From: an uncultured virus (IMG/VR IMGVR_UViG_3300042319_001124)
Taxonomy: Duplodnaviria; Heunggongvirae; Uroviricota; Caudoviricetes
IMG/VR virus record: IMGVR_UViG_3300042319_001124
DNA: 64,000 nucleotides
Direction: 5' to 3' (one strand)
The notes beneath the pieces are model-generated. The model did no database searches. It was not told the origin of the DNA and saw nothing but the letters and a program-made list of their open reading frames with translations. The position numbers were made by a program, and so were the translations under genes. This document shows, piece after piece, positions 51,001-57,500 of this stretch; within the stretch, counting starts at the first letter, position 1; each line of letters opens with the position of its first letter.

Positions 51001-52398
51001 ATTGTCTTTTATTATTTCTATGCCTCCATTATGTTCTTGTAAAGTATTTGTTCCAGAACCAGGAGATAAAGGAGAACTAAGAACTGCACCTGTAAGTTGA
51101 GCTGTTTTTTGTAAACCATACAAACCTATCTTTCTTTGTAAAGATTTTCTAACAGTGTTTTTTAATACACTTTTTGTTAGAGTCTTACCTAAAGTAGACT
51201 CTATTAATCCTTTTTCAATAAGTGCAGTAGGACCTCCAGTAAAGAACATTTGTTCCATAAATACAAGAGAGTCTGCAGTACCATCAGCATGTCTATACCA
51301 ATCTACTCCATCTTTTTCAAACATACCTGCAGTAGCCTTATTTTGTCTAAGGTCATCATGTACTGCATTAGTTTTTATTAATTGTTGTTCAGCATAAGTT
51401 AAAGAATCAAAAGCTGCTTTCTCATTTCCTAATTCATTAATAAGTCTATTAAACTTATTTATAACAGGAGTTTTGTAAGCAAGCTCTTCTGTAAAAGAAT
51501 ACAAACCTAAAGTCATTAAGTCTGATCCTTTGTTTTTAAGACCATCCCATACATTGTTTTTTCCTTTTAAGAAATCATCAGTGTATTTAATAGTCTCTTG
51601 TCTTTTTCTCATTGCTGAGTTAAGAATAGCTAACTCATCTAATTCACCTGAGTCTTGTTTTGTATCTGAACCTGGAAGATATATTTTAGACATCAAATCT
51701 TTAAAAGACATGCTTTGCATTCTTTTTTCATCTGCTTTTCTGTCTTTATAAATTGTACCTGCTAATTTATCTCTTTGTATTTTATCTTGGGTTTGTTCTG
51801 CCCAAAGTTTTTGATTAAGAAGTTTAATAGTAGGAGTAATCTCTTTATTAATTTCAGTCTGAGTTTTTGTAATAGCAGGTTTAAGAGCAGCTAGTTCTTT
51901 TTCTTCTGTATCTGATCTTCCCCATTTATTTTCCTCACTTGCAAAAACATCTCTTAATTTCCAGATAGGTGCAAAAATATTAAGACCATTCTCATCCCAT
52001 AAATCTGTTGACTTATTTTCTATCTGAGTCTTTCTTTCTTTTTGTTTATCAAGGTTTCTAAGTTTTGTTTTAAAGTCTACAAACTTTTTATCATCCTTTA
52101 ATACTTGTTTGTGTAACTCTTCAAGATCATTTTGAGGTTTAGCTAAGTAAGCCTCTCTTTCTTTTTTAATCTGTTTAAACTTTTCATTATCTAAAACATT
52201 TTGTCTAGAAAAAGAAGCAAGTTTACTAGCTCTGTCTCCTGCAAAACCTTGATTAGAAGCTTCTAACTGTTCTGCTGATACACTATAATTTCCACCTGCA
52301 GTTTGTGTAATAAAATCTTGAGGAGCCCCTTGTCCTGAAGCTTCTTGGGTAAAGGCTTTATCAAAAGCATTGCTAGTTTTTTTCTTAGGTTGAAGCAT
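39010..52398 (-). CDS. Virion-packaged RNA polymerase with C-terminal zincin domain
   Basis: 4462 aa; catalytic GLDFDVDK (42532-42546), FRTPTSS, TTDAQ; HELVH (39685-39699). Confidence 0.9.
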   Translation of the reverse strand: MLQPKKKTSNAFDKAFTQEASGQGAPQDFITQTAGGNYSVSAEQLEASNQGFAGDRASKLASFSRQNVLDNEKFKQIKKEREAYLAKPQNDLEELHKQVLKDDKKFVDFKTKLRNLDKQKERKTQIENKSTDLWDENGLNIFAPIWKLRDVFASEENKWGRSDTEEKELAALKPAITKTQTEINKEITPTIKLLNQKLWAEQTQDKIQRDKLAGTIYKDRKADEKRMQSMSFKDLMSKIYLPGSDTKQDSGELDELAILNSAMRKRQETIKYTDDFLKGKNNVWDGLKNKGSDLMTLGLYSFTEELAYKTPVINKFNRLINELGNEKAAFDSLTYAEQQLIKTNAVHDDLRQNKATAGMFEKDGVDWYRHADGTADSLVFMEQMFFTGGPTALIEKGLIESTLGKTLTKSVLKNTVRKSLQRKIGLYGLQKTAQLTGAVLSSPLSPGSGTNTLQEHNGGIEIIKDNDGENRYLVRDGIFKAYQRDYNYKNSLLEKEKAKLQAKENLSEEEKERLDQIESDQDQLNQEFNTLRPKSWFESAAYGTWETAKENFIELAGGEIAGKALGKVAGWAAKTEIGKFALKPTHLTTKAYKGVSNLYKEGAERYTNSVVGKITGKAAYRTGSNRIIQGLPEEMFEEVLSQLTPSINRDYSEQLKQLKDPSFYVDVLAQTAMMGGMFTTVGGVSSAINWRQNGKMYDAKRNIIKKYKAIDKAVTDEDLANTIVMSTAGTNYSIADYDAKIEELRDKKQFKAADELEQKKFVNMATIAMQTNTLDQFEMTLDNLLKRSQSSLGEGGMSPETLQNIQLAKEKIEKIKSTHEQYKGRTNVNTIVDLANKKLAIKQGLQNISSEISTQRALANEELETLRSNAPDHLKDADIDTILNDNPFTQEEMEDGTFAFVKSIDEANSPAIQAYIRLLETQEEMRYSHRETMKLFNEETSSTREAELLKNQEVKRAINKQIRDSIEFAEANNLSSLGLEIDSNGKARIGKDFIEHTFNRVISTQGVKEKDFEAIKQDYLNMVEIQEAQRAMQANNRINSLYDQAQIVIQEQKQKKADKKKAEEDAKLNPIEGTQLRLFEEDNVEMASQEEIEAYEENVDTAREILLSHPVILENDKYDNDYIEKVESSLPLIVDLATQGMGMTRGQLREQFPHLSDPEAEALAFALNHNMTLPGKKETEEDKPINSLETVAEGIQNAQSDIENIISPEGDFDPDEIVIDEEDTLSTFQLNPATNLTEDALKGLKQVIGKVHEDLKKQFGREPSFKEMVYHFIKFTNKVKAETFFDMYRAGWEANGFAATNYDDVYNEIFEPSRDSILAADSFIESIYGSQNSFTETEDSLRENSPVELRQVESNQTSINNFTENNVPIRTENENRITSPALRLGFNAIRYEEVEILDAQGIGTGTFIRQTVITDSLNDENTQIDYKDLLNPDMYNPGDSVNVGVAPEDSWSTIMINVGRDQQNKPILKSYADILKEKEEKDPNYRNTVEFVESVPMFAYDNKGTPLAYIHDSSWYNEWNVADPANATGVINPRGITLAHKQAIDDARVAASKFRQSVFSKQVSKIKIKEKTEGPYYSIANKVDPNTGKLLPLYTIEEANPDSHIVTQGKQNVLEKGNNMAFENEKRVIVNKNEIAQKKQGTTWHLRRIGVDEQGRETWRAFNVVRYPKEEELETIKWAWSAYSFFDHKETLQGSKKSKIIQEVRNDFLPPEYQLTPEQAKEIIKDIKALTGYNLMNFEEASSFFKLFMQPRSGDSNAQFGRTLYTGNLNTFAQHTSRDGLQKNCTVPMIVNGKVVSTNKTYSDYLKTTLKTDVKSFNVGTADKPVYATSIQPKIVFEYETGMPEQNAVTQTQQNKIEAEQIKEEIAKVESPDEVIQKANDLLSKLGFSTQQIQAMPVTMNGVEHLRNILNTTPGLSIAQESQLLNFTVQYINALIDSEFKGKVNKALLMKKLQNSFKDIVSPSIENINTVLEKVEALQAATPSPQLANTINSLKAALQALENLEKNWNVDNIKKVLTVSGLPYTGQVGILEKAIQEVSETSDISENKEAVEEQEEEEEDLSLREKTFDDAAALTENFKTKTSFRQKRFMSGITKVDNQGQPVKGFLDLPQYMSFNEIYDSIYSLLGSGVYIESDYNTMKAKLLQMSNTHPWIKELIEKYDNADEQLRKGLVLNYRKHAINMKFMMYDNRSKDPKLQVYDTNANEITRVITNTWANNFTTSPLVVLDKGQYSINRDTAIKLYDQYKSWGTEGHLQDDQVIRNWLSNFGIDFSDEYWRELKEVGMMDKGKYIPYNLLFSSPNTPMGYLGIYLDRITNPQNVNYIQNLKFEENPKAHPFKDMSGVLKNISKGESRFTNRTTSTSFRDGQKSITGITNPTYVTNRVDDLIRSAMSEDKKMISDLRNTSIGSGSTMLKLLMEYPDFAKKLELNHLGITALKQYGKKANSFSSITDLNIVDHELTKLGFFQDQQQGEVPATFKEGGFRMRMARMFLPTMSDKSQMLVLNTAVIDFMKESNSAFETDNEGELIFTEDLRELLYQKLVLPELKRISNFHRSVKETSVKDYDKAAQIFNMIPALNNVKDKDGYRIIQHLTQKSVEDVEALFKEDLINVVEDVMHSLAQQKVEAFDSFVEKDAAGNITKVNFLDSAYLASNPANVTIEERLKHAAYDFVLNSVLTNADTFSTIAGDPAFFSQDKNFEKDTPPYAMSSDAAYMKLAKKQGVNIGKRLAYLSAPGTTLADSKDAKYKQVFLKDDKGISQNSKYLISLYEGKERLKESFMGSTVSDMIDKYPTLTPASQAVVRKGLQDLFPSIGDYFDIDTTDAQEYTTVKEHIGILYNQERLSEDDYKRILDKVERGDTLAYEDIKLVMQPIKPVYTGQTLDSEKDMSRPIYIKSSSFPLIKELTAGLQIDNLRVALENLEKPADQGGYGMPVRASYQSANKVGAVIDANTVDPLNPQSLQNIEAAMVELDRNNFRIQQDVPFKSDKKKEDKISMGTQIFKLLFGDGILDIEGFEYKGKTYKGEKLYDEYNATFQALVESKKQQLYTELGLDSTGTPINETETILKVQNLLQKEALERNYPLKDIKGLELKTLYDTQGNPYYEFNIPLWLSTNSNRYESLLNAIVSNRLVKHKIPGNSFVAASENGFGFKENLEGIDQSRIIFMDDYDGKELKGVLHAEADENGVRQFKKAQVFVPSKFKDSQGKLVDLFAKNEKGENIYIEKRENGTWRLKDGVIDPELLAQFSFRTPTSSHVSASTIEIAGILPPESGDLMIVPKNFTKQKGLDFDVDKENVYQLHHITDYKTGKVEVFSEKHKEKTLKEIQKVLDKLELQRIKLQRNLLPEEAAELLGQYGALEGEGRIDLAKFFGEDLLQEVLNDEASQKEKYANIEAKLTQKLLENDFIRIHSAVFNNPNPEVQKKINKVLSMDFAREQADLIEELTEESKVRQLELELTEEGVSAPEAKGLAPRANNNFTILSDDYQKNKMGLGAAGKMAIGIYSNYVTLHSLIQQTRRPIRMVGEYDPVSKKYEPKEINIGGQVSKGVLGLVNTLDGSRSIAEAFAERQNTATDNEKEQILGRVNISSHTIGVDSLLTLLGYDKTSYIDDQNNRKDLSLSYAILSQPIIKEYVEELQKSRGVTAEYNPNAEQEIIEKLFAKYQTGTKFEDISSDILTGNNLIDGIRKSGLNGDVQVAALKLFTELNDYAKNMAKVQSVVGLRQLDKSIFETHLRYEDLENLGKNKSFENISSLIGDFIPVEENLIKPEGYQVIGSFFVKPTTPQGSIVVNSLKAAKTLWADFFPYDDPYLKKVMESVFISSGVPTDSKFKQVEAFQDVFDEVKKYLNSWNKFGIFEGTATSERQRLFIDTNTNMSLANYLNSNSREALIAANKLLNRFTYEVQTDGRPSLIKFNNTISDDLNEKYLYNTFAEMIINDSPLPDFNGQPFSTRLLAQELITYSFIEGGVQEATQFIKYVPLEYLEEVGIKEEGKFVSTASLLQRLNTKRNPELFKHLLGDINTIQGKSLFIKQYFQHNPEKTTVMTPTKLGLTDEEIREADTIALVGKDFYPDFFHVKIKTYSKLKQHKYDLFQHLGSGQYVKVPVLGTTGMNEYQAGYNKVNSVFTKQKEAPKSEVRTEKSGQPTLSGTTGTLISNNVTAASVIESIANSTNKNMERYKFLAKALLPFVSPSLKITTGNSVEVYGAPVAGFYDEQKDYIFMDLAYASGKKGKEIGLFMHELVHALSVRELKKYYTADENGFFTVLDPSAPPHVVALDDIWKQAIASLDPKEVSSMKDKITLLRQKKQVNFTNRDTELNYAGIDIFEFLSLAMESEVFQKHLSEIPYNNGPLTLLQKFAEILKDLIRTISPDIKEDSLAEATLNTVLDFLETERAISEEMPNFEDFDSEISEEERNLLEQFELDREEMESQGFSEDIDLSQDSSEEAEENLLPVAEEEELPCNGGLAI

Positions 52399-52433
52399 GT
52401 TAAAAAGATTTTAAAATGTAAAGATAATAGTAT

Positions 52434-54503
52434 TTAATCAAATAATAAGTGTCCTACTTCAATTTGTAGACCAGGATCATTAAGAGAAACTGTTTTAGCT
52501 TTTCCATTAACTGTCCTTGTTACACTTCCAGCAGGATAAATTATTTTACCATTATTTTTAACAGCTCTTCCGTGGTATACATAATTACTATTAGGAATAG
52601 GAAAGTTTTCTACATTACGTGCATTCTTATCTAAGTAAGCAGTTGTCTTAAATCTTAAAGCATTATCTCCAGAATTAAGTTTTCTAGTCATTTCTGTACT
52701 AACTCCTTCTACTCTTCCAAAGTGAGTTTTACCACCTATAGTAACTCCAAAACCAAATTCAATGTCATCACTATCATTGTATCCCCAAATTGGTGTAAAG
52801 TTTCTTTCAGAAGTATCTAAGTTAATATATTCATTTCCATTTACAGCTTGAAACTGTGTAGCAATTCCTGTATTTCCAGCATATCCTGTAGGAGTATCTA
52901 CCTTAACCATTTTAATAACACCATTATTTATTAAGTCATTAATACTGAATTTAGCTCCATTAGTACCTCCTACATTTACACCTCCAATTTTAGTTCCAGG
53001 TTCAAAGTAAATAGGTACATCCATGTGTTTTCCTCCTTGGAAAAATTCTTTAGCTGCTGCTTTTTTCTGAATATCAGTCATACCAGTACCTTCCCAAGTC
53101 ATTTGTCTGTTTACAGGTTTACTAGCATTCTTACTTAAAAACTCATTCCATTTTTTTAATGTCTCAGGACTATTAGTAATATTATAATAACTTAAACCTG
53201 TGTCTTTACTAAACTGAGCAATTTGAGAATTTAATGCAGCTCTATCTACTTGTGCTCTTTTATATTGAGTTTGTGCAGCTCTACCTACAGGAGTATTAGC
53301 AATAGGACTAAAGTCTCCTTTTCTAATTTGCTCATATATCTTATAGTTTTTAGGACTAGTTCTAAATTGTTCTAGTCTATCATTAGCAGCTTCAGTAGGA
53401 TCTTTCTTATCTGACTTATAGTGTAAGTCAGCATAAGCTTGTAGACCTTTAGTAAGTGCTTGATTCTCATTATTTTTAGTAGAGGTATATGCACTATAAA
53501 ATTGGTTATTATCTCTACCTGCTATACTAGTAAGAGCCCCTCCTACTTCAGTAGTTAAGTTTACTGTATCATGTTCATCTTTAGCAATAGCATAACCAAG
53601 AGTATTCATAGTAGAACCTCCTCCTGTTGTAGTTTTATGTCCTCCATATTTTTCTTGCAGTTGATCCATAGAAGTTTTAAACCAACTACCTTCATCAAAA
53701 GAAACTGCTCCTTGGTCATTAAAACTACCTTGATAAGGAGCATAACCTAAATCTTTTCTTTGTTTTACAGCAGAAATTATTCCAGGATTAGTACTAAGGT
53801 GGTTAACCCACATATTTTGTAATTGTTCAGGAGTATAAAATTCTTCAGCAGTATCACTTTTAACAGTCCATCCTCCTTTATCTTGATTCCAACTAGTACT
53901 TTTATTATACCCTTTAATAGAACCTTCCATTAATTCTTTTAAAATCTCTGCAGAGTTTTTAAGCCCTAAAGCATCTTCAGTACTAATAGATTTATAATCT
54001 CCTGTTGGATCATAACTAGTTCCCCCTGCTTGATTAAATTCAGCCAATTTAGCAGCAGTTAATCTTTTAACCATGTCTGCATCATACTCATCAGGTTTAG
54101 CTTTAACTTTAGCTTTCAATTCTTCTTCCCAAGCATCATAGCTAGCTTTGTTACCTTGGATCTTAGCAACTTCTCCTGAAGTCCAATCTAATCCTATTTT
54201 CTTTTTAAGGTTGTTTATTTTAGGTATGTAAGAAGATGCATTCATAGCATCATTATAAATAGAATTAGTAATATCCTCAATTTGAGAAGAGTACCCTTGT
54301 CTAATTAATTTAGCCTTTTCTTCATCTACTCCTTGTAAAGCAGCTATCTTTTCAATCATACCATTTAAGGCATCATTAGATTCTATAGCAGTTTCTACTT
54401 GTTTATCTTTCTTGTCTATAACTGTCCCCATTAATTCATAAGGCAATTTAAACATTGCATCATCTAAGAAAGTAGCTTCTGTTCCTTTATAAAACTGTCC
54501 CAT
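52434..54503 (-). CDS. Virion cargo/ejection protein
   Basis: 689 aa directly upstream of the virion RNAP; N-terminal FKLPYE pattern. Confidence 0.7.
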   Translation of the reverse strand: MGQFYKGTEATFLDDAMFKLPYELMGTVIDKKDKQVETAIESNDALNGMIEKIAALQGVDEEKAKLIRQGYSSQIEDITNSIYNDAMNASSYIPKINNLKKKIGLDWTSGEVAKIQGNKASYDAWEEELKAKVKAKPDEYDADMVKRLTAAKLAEFNQAGGTSYDPTGDYKSISTEDALGLKNSAEILKELMEGSIKGYNKSTSWNQDKGGWTVKSDTAEEFYTPEQLQNMWVNHLSTNPGIISAVKQRKDLGYAPYQGSFNDQGAVSFDEGSWFKTSMDQLQEKYGGHKTTTGGGSTMNTLGYAIAKDEHDTVNLTTEVGGALTSIAGRDNNQFYSAYTSTKNNENQALTKGLQAYADLHYKSDKKDPTEAANDRLEQFRTSPKNYKIYEQIRKGDFSPIANTPVGRAAQTQYKRAQVDRAALNSQIAQFSKDTGLSYYNITNSPETLKKWNEFLSKNASKPVNRQMTWEGTGMTDIQKKAAAKEFFQGGKHMDVPIYFEPGTKIGGVNVGGTNGAKFSINDLINNGVIKMVKVDTPTGYAGNTGIATQFQAVNGNEYINLDTSERNFTPIWGYNDSDDIEFGFGVTIGGKTHFGRVEGVSTEMTRKLNSGDNALRFKTTAYLDKNARNVENFPIPNSNYVYHGRAVKNNGKIIYPAGSVTRTVNGKAKTVSLNDPGLQIEVGHLLFD

Positions 54504-54505
54504 GA

Positions 54506-57500
54506 TTATGTTACTTGAATTAATTTATTGTCTTTACCTAATTTAAACTTGGTCTTACCATCTGGACCTAAAAATATTTGTTCTTCTTTCTTGGTAGAAA
54601 CTGCATTTTTATTAGTTAATTTTCCTGATTTATCTACAGTGACATAAGTACCATAGTTTTGCATAAGATTTTCAATCATCTTGTTCTCTTTCATAGAGTT
54701 AAAGTCTGCTCCCATTTGTTGTAAACCTTTAGCAAAATCTTGTCTACCTTGAGTTAAAGCAGTAGTAAAAGCATCTTTGCTAGCCATGTTAGCCATATTA
54801 GTTTGGTACTCTCCTTGACCTTTCATCTGGTCTCTATTCATAAGAATACCTGTTTTAGTTTGACCTAATTGAGCAATCTGAGCTTGAGTATTTTTTACAA
54901 TTTCATTAGCAGCACTTGTAGCTGCAGTATCATATAACCAATTCATGGCTCTTTTTGTATTAACACTTCTAGTACTATTATTTGCTGACTTAGTAGCAGT
55001 TCTTTGTTGAGTAGTATTATTAACTAAAGCCTGAGCTTTTTGTCCTTCAATACTTGCTTGCATACCTTCAAGAGCTTTTAAAGCATCTTCTCCTGCTTTA
55101 GCAAATGGATTTGTCTGAGTGACATCAGAAGCTCTTTGATCATAAGCACCTTTCATTCCTGCAGTCATACCCATATAGTTACCTGCAAGTTTAGTAAGGT
55201 CTCCTATACTAGGAGCATTCCCTCCCATTTGTTCAAGAATAGTTCTGAGTTTACCAGAACCTTTTTCTTTTTCTGCAGTAGCTTCACCTTTAAAATTAGG
55301 AAAATTTTCTGATTGATAATCTATACTATCAGGTACAGAAGGATCTATTACTCCTGCAGGTAAAGGATTTTGTTTTGCCCAAGCATCTCCTGCACCTTTT
55401 AAAGCAAAAGGATCTGTAGTATCAAAAAGAGACATTCCTTTTTTTCTTGCACTAGGAGTATAAGTAGGATCAAAACCAGTAGGAAGATTAAAATATCCTG
55501 CTACTTGTCCAGGAGTACTTTTTTGAGGTCCATACCCATCAGGTGCTTTATTTTTATTTTTAGCTAACCAATCTTGTGAAGCTTTATAAGTAGTAGGACC
55601 AAAAATTTCTCCAAATTTTGGAGTCTTACTATCAATACCTAAATCTCCTTGAATGTATTTCATATCCATTACACCTCCAGGATTTAACTCATTGTATTTA
55701 TCAAAGAAATCTTTAAACATAGATGCATCATATCCTTTACCATATACAATTCCTGCAGGAGGAGTTCCTCCAGCATATTTCTTCATTCCTCTTGCACCTG
55801 TGCCATAACCATATCTCATAGAGTCTCCTATAGGATTATCTTGAATACCTTCCATAGCTGTACCAAAAGCAAAAGCTTGTACAGCCATATCAGCCATTTG
55901 TTGCATTTCATTAACTTGACCTTGGAAAGCTAAATCCATTTGTTGTTCTTTTTGAATAGCTGCCATCTTTCTTTTGATAGCATTCTTAACAGCTTGATCT
56001 ATATTAGGTTGACTAGCTTGTTTTTCAAGATTAGCAGTTTGTCTTTCTCTTGTAGCTTCTCTTTCAGCAATAGTTTTATCTCCTACTTTAAGTCTATCAG
56101 AAAAAATTTGTGTACCTTCAGGTGCTTGACCTTCTTTAGGATTAGCATTAGGGTCTTGAGTTACTTGTAAAGGAATACCATTTTCTTCATGAGTAGCTCC
56201 TTTAAATTCTCCTGTTTGACCTGCAGGAGTTTTATATCTTTCTCCGTCTTCAACTTCTACATCTTGCTGAACATTGTTCATTCCCATAGCAGCTTGAACA
56301 CCTACACCTAAAGAAGCATCAATATCTCCTCCTGTATTTATTCCTTTTTTAATTAAACTTGCTCCTTTAGATTCAGTAACTGCATCAGTATTTCCTGCTA
56401 TGTTTTTACTTCCTAACTTACCTGCAAGACTTCCAACAGCTTGTTGAGCAAGACCTCCAACAAGAGATACTACAGGTAACCAAGGATTACTCATAGATTC
56501 TTGACTTGCTTTTGCTAACATGATATCATAATCATTCATAGTTTCAGCAGGAGTCTCTATATAGTTAGAAGCCCCTATGCCTCCTAAGTTACTGCCATTA
56601 GCATATCTTTTTCTAGGGTTCATTTTTGATTTCATAATTCCTTCTTGATTAGTTCCGTTAGCAAACCTGTATTTAACACCTGCATTAATATTAGGTCCAC
56701 TTAAGTCAGAGTAGTTAACTCCTGCATTATAGTTAAACCCTTTTCCTTGTTGAAAAGCTTTAGTACTATAGTCTAAGGCTCCTGAAATAAAAGTATCTTC
56801 TGGATTTACTCCTGCCCCTATAGAACTATTTAAAGTTCCTACAGGTTCTCCTGAAGCTCCCATAATTTCATTATTAAAAGAAAGATTAGTATTGATACTA
56901 TCTCCTTCTGCATTCTTTAAATAATCCATAATAAGTCTTAACTTATCTGAACCTGCACTTACATTACCTGTAACAAACTCATTATCATTTGTTTTAGAAT
57001 AACCTAAAGAAGCATTTATATTCTTATTACCATAACCTGCATTAGCATTAAGGCCATAGTTTCCTTCAGGTCTTTGAGTAAACTCTCCAGAAGCATTGAA
57101 TCCTTTCTTATTAAAAGAACCTCCTACTCTTCCATACAAGTCTTCAGGATTAAATCCTACACCTGCATTTAAGCCAAAGTTTTTACTACTTGTACTAAAA
57201 CCTACATCAGCTAAACCATTAGAAGTTAAACTAGACTCATCAAATAGTTTTCTTTTATTAGGATCTACCCCTTCTGCATCAGTACCTAAAACATATTTTT
57301 TAGAAACATATTGTAAATTCCCTTGTTCATTTTCAATTAAATCTAAGTTCTTTTGTAACTCAGGGTTTAATGTATATGCCATTATCTCCATACCTCTAGT
57401 AGGATGTTTTTTAGATTTAAGCCATTCACCTGTTTCAAAATCAACTGAAGGCCAATGTCCTGTTTCATCTGGCATATACCCAAGCTCTAAAGCTCTTTTC

